A stretch of DNA of 64,000 nt from a virus: the IMG/VR virus record IMGVR_UViG_3300009514_000005, positions 32,001 to 96,000 of that record. The stretch is one strand, 5' to 3'. Below are positions 27,249 through 36,100 of this stretch, piece after piece; within the stretch, counting starts at the first letter, position 1, and the number at the start of each line of letters is the position of its first letter. Under the pieces are notes generated by a model, which had not been told where the DNA came from, did not search any database, and saw nothing but the letters and a program-made list of their open reading frames with translations. The position numbers and the translations under genes are program-made.

Positions 27249-27636
27249 TTTTATTCCCTCCGTTCAATACGCTTCGTAATGGGGGTTGCTGATTCCCTGG
27301 CATTTGAAGCCCCATGCGTTCTGCCCTTATTTTTGTAAGTAATGTTTCATAAGATGCTATCTGTTTTTTATCAAAATCATTTTCAGGATCTAAAAACCCA
27401 TGAGTTAAAAAATCATCAAAATTAAACTTACAGCTATTTGATCCAATAAATAAATGATCAGGATATAAATAAAACTGATGATTCCCTGGAGCCATCGGAA
27501 CCTCAATTCCTCTGATAACATTCCTTAGAGTTACCATTGTTTTTCCTTCGTCTTCTTCAACATATTTCCCGAAGACATAGGCCGTAACGCCTGGCGAAGG
27601 ATCCTTTAAAGCACCAACCCATATTTTATCTTTCAT
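27241..27636 (-). CDS. Hypothetical protein
   Basis: 131-aa ORF coupled to rmlB. Confidence 0.55.
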   Translation of the reverse strand: MKDKIWVGALKDPSPGVTAYVFGKYVEEDEGKTMVTLRNVIRGIEVPMAPGNHQFYLYPDHLFIGSNSCKFNFDDFLTHGFLDPENDFDKKQIASYETLLTKIRAERMGLQMPGNQQPPLRSVLNGGNKNE

Positions 27637-28621
27637 TTAATTTCTCCTTATACCAATCAACAGTTTTAATTAGATCATTCATAAAGGTTTTCTCTTCCAT
27701 ATAATTTTGGAGCCCAAAATCATCCGTTGTGTTTCTTCCTAGAGCATAACGAACATCATGACCAGGTCTATCCGCTATGGACTTAATTAGCTCTTGAGGT
27801 TTGCCTAATAAACCAAGGATTAATCGAGCCATAACAATATTTGGAATCTCCTGGGTTCCGGTAATATGAAGGACTTCTCCCGGAGGAAAGAAGGTTGCTA
27901 TGGAAACATCTCTCGTAAATTTACAAACATGATCGATATGGACCCATTCCCTACTTTGATATCCGTCACCATAAATAGGGATGCTCTCATCTTGAAGGGC
28001 CTTCCTGATAACGGTAGGAATAAATTTTTCATCATGCTGATAAGGGCCAAAAATATTTACACATCGAGTCGTAACAACCGGAAGAGAAAAGGTCTTAATA
28101 TAGGCTTGGGCCAAGCATTCCTGGGCTGCTTTTGTTGCCGAATAAACGGACCCACAATTAAAAACGGATCGTTCATAAGCCTTACCCTCGGAAAGACAAG
28201 CGACAACCTCATCAGTGCCGAATAAAAGAATCTGCTCTAATTCCTTGATCTCTCTAGCCACCTCAAAAAGTTCAAGGGTTCCTCTTACGTTATCGTCGAC
28301 GAATTGCCTTGGGCCCATAATAGAGCGATCAACATGAGACTGAGCAGCCAAGTGAATAATTCGATTAAATCCCTGTTCTTTGCAAAATTTTTTCAAATCT
28401 CTTCCGAAAGTTCCAAGACGATACGTAACCGTTTTTTCTCCTTCATTATAAAGAAACGTAAAATCATTTATTTTGCTTGTATCGAAGGTATTGATCTCGT
28501 CAATGCCTGGCCTTAAGTTATCCATATCGAGGCCGATAACTTCAAAACCATCAAATGATCTCAAGAAAGGAATTAGATTTCTTCCAACAAATCCATCAGA
28601 ACCAGTAACTAAAATTTTCAT
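27626..28621 (-). CDS. rmlB: dTDP-glucose 4,6-dehydratase
   Basis: LVTGSDGFVG, HLAAQSHVDRSI, TDEV, YSATKAA, TRCVNIFGPYQHDEKFIP, DRPGHDVRYAL. Confidence 0.9.
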   Translation of the reverse strand: MKILVTGSDGFVGRNLIPFLRSFDGFEVIGLDMDNLRPGIDEINTFDTSKINDFTFLYNEGEKTVTYRLGTFGRDLKKFCKEQGFNRIIHLAAQSHVDRSIMGPRQFVDDNVRGTLELFEVAREIKELEQILLFGTDEVVACLSEGKAYERSVFNCGSVYSATKAAQECLAQAYIKTFSLPVVTTRCVNIFGPYQHDEKFIPTVIRKALQDESIPIYGDGYQSREWVHIDHVCKFTRDVSIATFFPPGEVLHITGTQEIPNIVMARLILGLLGKPQELIKSIADRPGHDVRYALGRNTTDDFGLQNYMEEKTFMNDLIKTVDWYKEKLNER

Positions 28622-28656
28622 AAAAAAAGCTCCTAAAGGTATAACCTATAAGGAGC
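28622..28656 (-). terminator. Hairpin plus U7 directly abutting the rmlB ATG and containing its SD
   Basis: Minus strand reads GCTCCTTATAGGTTATACCTTTAGGAGC-TTTTTTT-ATG. Confidence 0.55.
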
Positions 28657-28691
28657 CTATACAGAGTGTAATGTTTGTGCAAGACAAAGTG

Positions 28692-29030
28692 TTAAACAGC
28701 GCTTACCGAAAACTTAGCATGACTACCGTCAACTAGGGATTTAATCCTAACGCCTCTTTTCCCTGGATTACGAATAACCCGCTCTGATCCAGCCCTAACG
28801 ATTCCGCCTGCCTCTTCGTTGCCGCTTTGGTTAACCCATTGATAGGCAATATCATTTGCGGCATCTTCGTTTTCTATATGGATAGAGCTGGCCTGAAACC
28901 CAAATGCGAAATCATTGTCGGCAAAATTATTTGTCGATGTTTCTTCGCCACTAAAAAAGAAATAATCTGTAACCGAATTTCCGAATCCCGATGTTTTACC
29001 CGAAAACTCTCCTGTTCCTGACACGCTCAT
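28692..29030 (-). CDS. Hypothetical beta-rich protein (possibly structural)
   Basis: 112-aa ORF at the end of the late block. Confidence 0.55.
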   Translation of the reverse strand: MSVSGTGEFSGKTSGFGNSVTDYFFFSGEETSTNNFADNDFAFGFQASSIHIENEDAANDIAYQWVNQSGNEEAGGIVRAGSERVIRNPGKRGVRIKSLVDGSHAKFSVSAV

Positions 29031-29052
29031 AATCTAACTCCAATTGATTGGA

Positions 29053-29259
29053 CTATCCCTCAGTGAGAATTTTACGCTCCCTGACCTCGTTTATGTTTTG
29101 TTTTGATGCAATGTGTTTTTTTAATGCATTACTAATAACGTCAGTAACCGCTTTATTTTCTTTTTTGGCGATTTCGAAAAGCTGATTATAAGAATCTGGA
29201 TCTATTCCCATCATGTAAATATCACCCATATCTTTTGGTTTTTCATTTTCCATCGTCAA
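29053..29259 (-). CDS. Ribbon-helix-helix-like regulator
   Basis: YMMGIDPDSYNQLFEIAKKENKAVTDVISNALKKHI. Confidence 0.55.
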   Translation of the reverse strand: MTMENEKPKDMGDIYMMGIDPDSYNQLFEIAKKENKAVTDVISNALKKHIASKQNINEVRERKILTEG

Positions 29260-29283
29260 CTCCTTTTCTCGATCATAGCATAA

Positions 29284-30087
29284 TTAAAAAATACTTTTTA
29301 CAGCACTGAGAAGATTTGGGCTCTTTGGCGGCTGAGTTCCAACCCTATTAACATTGTCCTGTAGGTTATATCTATCTTTCCAGTGTTGTTCAATACTTGT
29401 CCTATCAACATAACCCCAATTACTTCCAATTTGAATGCTTTCAGCAAAAGACAAGCTAACCGTAACAATCCTAGGTTGGCCACCTCTGAAAAAAGATTCA
29501 TAAGTTACGTCACACTGAAGCATTAAACAACTCACGGAATCAAGGAAAGACCCGAAGACCCCGCTTGTAACTCCGCTATTGGGTAAATACAAAATCAATT
29601 GAGGAGGAGGTTTTGCTAATCTATTTTTATAAGTTGGATAAGTTTTTGATCTAAGCCAAGCTACAGCAGCGGCTACGTCTACATTGAACCTATTTCCTGT
29701 TCCGGCCTTTATTGTATTCAAGGTAGATGTTCTGTTATCTCTAAACCTATCAATTGTTGCCGTACGATTTGTGCGATCATTTTGAGCAACAGCGCTGAAT
29801 GTAATATCTTCAGGAGGCTGTTCGTCAGAAGTGAAAGTGGCCGAAAAGCTAATCACTCTCGCATTACCATGAAGCCATTGATAAAGAGGATGAGATCCAC
29901 CAATGGCATTTTTGGTAATATATTCAACGCCTCTTGAGTCGTCGATTGTTTCTGGGTAATACTGAAAAGCCCTGGCGGTATCATAAAGAATATTGCCATC
30001 GCTATCCAGCTCAACAAGAGATGCCAGAGCAACCTTTCGATCTTCCCTTGTGCTTAGCACCTTTGAGACTGAACTTATAATAGACAT
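29284..30087 (-). CDS. Contractile-injection-system tube/baseplate protein (CIS tube-like, P2 gpU-like)
   Basis: FQYYPETIDDSR.VEY......GGSHPLYQW..G..R.ISFSATF...CDVTYESFF..G.PRIVTVSLSFAE. Confidence 0.7.
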   Translation of the reverse strand: MSIISSVSKVLSTREDRKVALASLVELDSDGNILYDTARAFQYYPETIDDSRGVEYITKNAIGGSHPLYQWLHGNARVISFSATFTSDEQPPEDITFSAVAQNDRTNRTATIDRFRDNRTSTLNTIKAGTGNRFNVDVAAAVAWLRSKTYPTYKNRLAKPPPQLILYLPNSGVTSGVFGSFLDSVSCLMLQCDVTYESFFRGGQPRIVTVSLSFAESIQIGSNWGYVDRTSIEQHWKDRYNLQDNVNRVGTQPPKSPNLLSAVKSIF

Positions 30088-30118
30088 CTATTCGATTCCT
30101 TACGAAAAATAACTATCT

Positions 30119-30433
30119 CTATCTTACTATTTTTGGCTTAGTTTTTCTCTTCTTCTTTGCAGCTTTTTTCTTTGGCCGTTTCTTGGTGGCCTTTTCCCAA
30201 TTACCATCAATTTCCTGACCGTCAGTCACAGTGGATGCCTGATCTTCCACCCGACCCTTTTCGGTCATTTCCTGCGTTCTTTTATTGACCTGCTTTTTAA
30301 GCCACCGGAACAAAAAGAATGCCCCAATACTAAAAAGACCACCCACGATCCAAGAAATTGGACCACTGTTAAAAAATTTTAAAACTGATTCGATTAATCC
30401 TACTGGCTCCATGACCAACTCCCTTTTTTCCAT
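30119..30433 (-). CDS. Single-pass membrane protein with basic C-terminus
   Basis: TM segment ISWIVGGLFSIGAFFLF, Lys-rich tail. Confidence 0.55.
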   Translation of the reverse strand: MEKRELVMEPVGLIESVLKFFNSGPISWIVGGLFSIGAFFLFRWLKKQVNKRTQEMTEKGRVEDQASTVTDGQEIDGNWEKATKKRPKKKAAKKKRKTKPKIVR

Positions 30434-31320
30434 TCACCTATTACAGATCTTCCCTTCACAGTGAGAAGCCTTAATACATGGGGATCTTTCTTTTTGAATT
30501 TGAACTTCGCCTTGGTTTTAAACTTATGCTTGTCGTCCAAAACAATTACTGAAGTTGACGGATCCCCTTCTACTTCAATCTTACCATTTTTATGACGCAC
30601 TATGGGGATTGGAAGTGGGGCAAATCCAGAATCATACACAGCCACCAAAACATTCAAGTAAACATCAGGGAACTGCCCCTGGGAAATATACCCGTCAAGA
30701 ACACAAATCCTGGGCCCCGTTTTTGCCAAAGCCTCATTGAGTTTAATCTCCGCAATCCCACCTGTTAAAGTGAGGTTTTTTCTATAGGCTATCCCGCATC
30801 CATTCAGCTCCACGCTGACTTGACCGACCCCGCCCACATCAACCCTAAGGTACGAATCCAAGCTCCCTGTGAGCTTTCTAGTGTCTCCCAACCAAGTCTC
30901 ACCATCTGTCATCCTAATAGCCAAATATCCCCTAAAGGAATGAATCTGGATCCCGGAGTTTTCTTCATTGGGAAGCTCCGGAGAAACCGTCATAGAAATC
31001 AAACAATCCCGATCAATTTTTCCAGGAATAATAATTGGAATTTCTTCTGACCCATCGTACCGAAAAGAGTAATCAATTGAGCATCGGCCTGAATAAACCT
31101 TGATCGATCCCTTGTAATAGGAAGCGATTTTAATACCCAAGTTTTGATATTTTTTTCCCTTTTCGAGAGAGCAAACTCCAAGACCATTCCACCTCTTTCC
31201 ACAGGCGATGATTTCTGCTGAAGGATAAATAGACTGAATCGCAGGAAGAGCGGGATCCGGCCTAACTTTACCGGCACAACCAACAAGAACAAAGATAAGA
31301 GAAAAAATTAAATACTTCAT
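30400..31320 (-). CDS. Lipoprotein
   Basis: Lipobox MKYLIFSLIFVLVG-C, AGGAGG SD. Confidence 0.7.
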   Translation of the reverse strand: MKYLIFSLIFVLVGCAGKVRPDPALPAIQSIYPSAEIIACGKRWNGLGVCSLEKGKKYQNLGIKIASYYKGSIKVYSGRCSIDYSFRYDGSEEIPIIIPGKIDRDCLISMTVSPELPNEENSGIQIHSFRGYLAIRMTDGETWLGDTRKLTGSLDSYLRVDVGGVGQVSVELNGCGIAYRKNLTLTGGIAEIKLNEALAKTGPRICVLDGYISQGQFPDVYLNVLVAVYDSGFAPLPIPIVRHKNGKIEVEGDPSTSVIVLDDKHKFKTKAKFKFKKKDPHVLRLLTVKGRSVIGEWKKGSWSWSQ

Positions 31321-31331
31321 GATGACCTCCT

Positions 31332-31360
31332 AAAAAAAGAGCCTAGCATAAAACTAGGCC
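31332..31360 (-). terminator. Intrinsic terminator
   Basis: GCCTAG-N7-CTAGGC followed by TCTTTTTTT on the minus strand. Confidence 0.65.
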
Positions 31361-31389
31361 CAATACTCATAACAGGAGGATTCAAACGG

Positions 31390-31689
31390 CTATTTTGTTC
31401 TTTGGGGTAAAACTTTATCAATAAGATCCGCAAGCTTTTCGGCAATCGCAGAAACCTTATGCAAAGTTTTTGCAGCCAAATGAATAATAGATAAAGGCTT
31501 TTCTGTTTTAAATAGTCTTAACCCTAGCTCTACAGCTCCAGCGATGACCAAAATGCCTTTTCCTTCTCCGGGAATTAAGGCCAAAATTTTGTCAAAAATG
31601 TCCGGACCTGCGACCTCTTGAGCAAACGCTATCACTGGATAAATAAAAGCCAATATAAATATTGAAATTGTTAAATATAGATTTTTCAT
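31390..31689 (-). CDS. Small membrane or exported protein next to the holin
   Basis: Signal-like N-terminus plus second hydrophobic segment. Confidence 0.55.
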   Translation of the reverse strand: MKNLYLTISIFILAFIYPVIAFAQEVAGPDIFDKILALIPGEGKGILVIAGAVELGLRLFKTEKPLSIIHLAAKTLHKVSAIAEKLADLIDKVLPQRTK

Positions 31690-32159
31690 GGTTTCTCCTT
31701 TGTTTCTTCCTCTTTATTATCCTTCATTACCTTCAAAAATTTAACTAAATTTTTCGGTACCGGAATTCCTATTTGACAAGAGTTTTCTAAAATAGACAAG
31801 CCCTCAGTAATTGCCAGGAAAGACTCTATCATGGTAGCTGCCGCTTTTATTGGAAGCACCCTGTCAACCAAATTACCTGTCGCAACAAGGATAAAATAAA
31901 CACAAACCTTTACTGCAACTCTGCAAAATTCTGGAGTATTTAAATCACCTGTTTTGGCAGACTTTATAACTCCTAAAATAGTATCGAAAATGATTAGGCA
32001 TATGAGTATAAAAAGGGCCTCTTTTTCGGTACCGTAAAGCCAATTAAACCAACAAGCAAATAGGGAAATAGCCGCCTTAAACCAATAATGATCCACTACA
32101 TTTGAAATGATTGTCTTACAGGTAAAAGCGGTCAAATGATAGGTATGAGACATTAGCAA
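31686..32159 (-). CDS. Phage holin family 4-like protein
   Basis: ILICLIIFDTILGV...K..VYFILV...VD...FLAITEGLSILEN...GIPVPK.L.KFL. Confidence 0.8.
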   Translation of the reverse strand: MLMSHTYHLTAFTCKTIISNVVDHYWFKAAISLFACWFNWLYGTEKEALFILICLIIFDTILGVIKSAKTGDLNTPEFCRVAVKVCVYFILVATGNLVDRVLPIKAAATMIESFLAITEGLSILENSCQIGIPVPKNLVKFLKVMKDNKEEETKEKP

Positions 32160-32192
32160 TTCCTTTAATCAAGGATACCACTCAATGCTAAA

Positions 32193-32927
32193 TTATTCAT
32201 AAAGATCTGTTTTGTCTTGAGCGGCTTGTAAGCTTGATCCAGATCCAGTCAGGTAAACGGTCATTATTCCGCTAACAGAAGACTCAAGTTTTGCCTTAAC
32301 ATCATTAGCATCTGCTGTAATTGCCCCACCATCATGCTTCAAGGTAACCGTAATATCGTTTCCGCTCACTCCAACTGTTGTCGTAGCGTACACTCCACTT
32401 GGGTCTACATATAAAATGCTAGCGTCTCTAACAGATCTTATTGGATGAAGCGTTAAGTCTTGAATAACATAACCTTTATGGGGCCAATCAAAATTACTTA
32501 AATCTTCAGAGATAACATCAAGGCCAGAGGTGCCAGCAAAAAAATCAGCTCCAGATGGTCCAGCCCGATATTCGTCTGTGAGTTCCCTTAAGGCTTTTTG
32601 ATAAATCTCAACTTCTTTTGCAGTAACACCTGTTTCAGCCACTTTGTCATGAACCAAAATTTTAAAAGCGTTGTCCCAGATAATTTCTCGATTATCTCTT
32701 ATTTTTTGAAGCTTAGTATTTCTTTCTGATTGGACCATTGAATCGGCTCCATTATGAGCCGCCAAAATTGCATCAGCATCAGCTTGATTTTTTTCAGAAC
32801 CATAATATTTTAAAGCCCAATCATAAATGGCCTTTGCTCTGGCAGGAGTCTTTACAACATCAACCCCAAGCTCATTAATTAAGCCATCCAAGTAAACATC
32901 GCTTTCTTTTACTAACAGCTTAAACAT
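32193..32927 (-). CDS. Tail-fibre-associated or assembly protein
   Basis: Follows the fibre. KLQKIRDNRE...YQKALRELT resembles fibre chaperones, C-terminal VSGNDITVTL structural domain. Confidence 0.5.
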   Translation of the reverse strand: MFKLLVKESDVYLDGLINELGVDVVKTPARAKAIYDWALKYYGSEKNQADADAILAAHNGADSMVQSERNTKLQKIRDNREIIWDNAFKILVHDKVAETGVTAKEVEIYQKALRELTDEYRAGPSGADFFAGTSGLDVISEDLSNFDWPHKGYVIQDLTLHPIRSVRDASILYVDPSGVYATTTVGVSGNDITVTLKHDGGAITADANDVKAKLESSVSGIMTVYLTGSGSSLQAAQDKTDLYE

Positions 32928-32929
32928 GA

Positions 32930-33118
32930 CTACCTCTGCTCGATTGATTGTAAATATACTTGTCTGTCCGAACTACCGTCATCTTTTAATCCGACAACAC
33001 CTAACCATGGAACAACCTGTAATTTCACTATTGGCCCACCTAATTCCTTAATAAGCCCATCTCTGTTGAACCCTTCCGGGATATCTTTAGAATTTATCGT
33101 GATATTGAATACCTGCAT
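32930..33118 (-). CDS. Small hypothetical protein
   Basis: 62-aa ORF tightly packed after the fibre. Confidence 0.5.
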   Translation of the reverse strand: MQVFNITINSKDIPEGFNRDGLIKELGGPIVKLQVVPWLGVVGLKDDGSSDRQVYLQSIEQR

Positions 33119-33129
33119 TTTTCTATCCC

Positions 33130-36100
33130 TTACTTAGCTTGAGTGTTTTGATAATAAAGGGACTCAACGGAGCCTCCATCATCTTTTTCATTCATAAATC
33201 CTTTACCCGGTTGGACTTGAACTCTCATTGCTGGCCCACCCGTGATTACATCAGGCTTAAAATTGTAATCAATTACTTCTCCAGCTGTTGGCGGATTGGA
33301 TGCCTGAGGAGTCGCATCGTGAAGCTGAACACCCAAGATTCTTCCCTTAGTTAAGTTTGAAGCTCCACTTGAATCACCTTGTTTTGTTATAGAAAAAACG
33401 TCTCCGTTCGGACTCTTTAGCCCTTGACTCTCTTGGTAAAAAAGATTTGGCGATGCTCCATCAAAAAGTGTTGTCACGGTTTTTCCAGTTAGCGGTGTGC
33501 TGATATCTGGTATTTTAGCGACCACTTGGTCTGGGTAACCATCAGCACCTTGTCGGTCGTAAATAACATAGAGGCTTGTGGCACTTGTCCAGATAATTTT
33601 ATGGAGGGATCTTCTACCAAACCTTTGAGTGCCACTTGAGGACGAGTGCCCAGCAAATTTGTCTATCTGATTCACACCGTCACCAATATCAGCAATCGCT
33701 GTAAATACTGGAGTTGCCACAGTCAAGTCGGAACACGTAGACAAATTAATTTGAGTGATGACCGCATCGTTGTAAGAAACAACTGCTATTTTGTTTCCGT
33801 TCACAGCATAACCAATCGGAACATCCTGGAGAGTTGAGTTGGCATTTGCAATTTGAATTCTTGTCTGCCAAGTGACTGCATCATCGTTCGTATACCACAT
33901 ATGCATTGCGGTTGGAGATGGGCCGTTGTCGCAACCGATGATCATCATTCTATCGCCTGCTGCTCCATTATCCCCTACATGGAAAATATATGGTGAAGTT
34001 GATAACAATGCTGCGTCTGTCCCACCTGTTTTTACTACGGCGGGTGTACTCCAACTTGCTCCGCTATCAGATGAAACGGTGGTATACCCTTTTGCGGTTG
34101 TGACATTAATGGCAAAAATAAAATGCTTTGTTCCTCTTTGAACAAGTTCAACGGCGGTATAATCTTGTCCTGCATCCGGTATTGCAATAACCCCGGTCAT
34201 GCTTAGGTTTCCGCCAGCATCTATTGTTCCGTAATTGACATCGATTCTCCAATTAGCTCCATCATAATTTGGATAGGCTGCAACAACTTTGTTACTTGAA
34301 TCAATCGTTATTTTTGGCCCGTAGACATGATAATCTGTAACCGCACTTGTTTGGCCAAAATTATAAACGTCCGTGGTTACACCAGTGCTTTTGTTGTAGA
34401 GGGTCACATAATATCTAGCTTCAGTTGCTCTTTCTGCAATGGTTACAACGTAATTATCGTTTTCATCCCAGTGCCATACTTCTGCATCTGTTGCTTTATC
34501 CCAGACTTTAGGTGGAACCTCGAAAAATTGCTCGTTTGTTGGATTAAATTCTCGTTCAGTATAAGAGTTAACAACTACCTCATCAAAACCTGTAGTAGAA
34601 TCTTCCTTCTCAAAGGTTGTATAAAGTCTATCCGAAAAGGACTGAACTATAGGGTGTCCTAAGAAGTTAGTAAAACTTGGTTTATTTGCTATATCCGTTT
34701 CTTCCGCATCAAAAATAGGATCATTAGAAGCCGTTGGAGTAGTGTCATACAATCTCACCACTTTTGCTTGACCATTAGCTAACCAACTGACGGGTGCTGT
34801 ATTTTTGTGAATCCATCCCAACCAAGTCACTCCCCCTACAGATTCTACCCAAGATTCAGTAAATCTATTTGAGGCATCCCCAACTTTAACAACTGTATAG
34901 TCAAAACTGGCAGCTATGTTTGAAACATCCCAAACTTTGATCCAGTGTAAAGCAGCAGCATCAACACCACCGTTTACTTGAGAATGGGGGAAGCCAATAC
35001 TTTGAGTAGAAGTCCAGATCATGTTATTTATAAATCTACGGTGGAAGCTACCGTTTGTAGCAGCAGATGTATTCCCATTGTAATAATCAATACCGTTCAA
35101 AGTTTCATGCCATGAAGTTCTAATATTAACGGGTGCTCCACCTACGGATGGTGTAGGGGTATTCAGGGTTATAATAGTTAGATACAAGTATCCGGGGTTT
35201 ACGGCCTCAGTTGCAGAAACAACAGCTAATTTACTCCCGTTGTCACTAAGTTTAACCCTGAAAATAAAATCTCTTACTGTGGATGTTCCTATATCTGAAA
35301 CCGATAGAGCTGTTTCCCAATTTCCTGAAAAATCAACGGCATCGATCCAGTGGTGCTTTAAGTTATAAGAGCCCACAGCTTCGGTTGATGTCACTCCTAA
35401 ACGAGTAGCTCCTGCAACATCTGGATCTTCTGTAACTATGAGAGATATCGGAGCATCTGACTGAGCAACAGCAGCAGTAGCTCCATCTTTTACCGAAGAT
35501 GATGTTCCAGCGGCTCCTCCGGGTTTGTTCGAGAACGTAACGCCATCATCTTCTGACACTACTATTACAATGTTATTACTGATACTCTCTACAAATACAG
35601 CGTAAATTCTACTATTAAGAGTATCCTCAACCCAACTAACAGGATGATTAGTAAAAACATTTCCAGCATGAAGTGAAGATCCAGTGTTAGATTCAGATAA
35701 AGTTAAAGACCCTGTGTCTAAAAGAGTGCCGTAAGCTGCCTGCATTCTAGGAGTGGAGGCATCATTCTTATGAAACCAGATTACTACTTTCTTGTTTTTG
35801 ATTCTTACTCTAGGAGGAACAGTGTACCAATACTGGTCTGAAGCAGTGTGGCTTGTTCCCACAGTAAACCAATCTGGAGAAGTTCCAGGAAACCAATTAT
35901 CTCCACCGTCTACAGTGGTTTCAAATTCATAGGAAGCATCCGTTGTTGGGCCTACTATCCCGACCCTAACACCGAACAAAGGAAAATCTGGGTCAAAGCG
36001 AACATCCCAAGCAGGTTCATCTGCTGTTTTATTTCTGGTTTGCTTAGGCTGTTTTTTCCAAGTATTAGCAAAAAGTTCTGTCCTTAACCCATAGTTATTA

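Noticed and set aside
27626-28621. Host O-antigen/LPS locus contaminating the assembly
   Set aside because: The sugar genes are split over several loci, overlap phage genes by a few bases and share strand and SD style. No wzx/wzy/ABC export genes are present.
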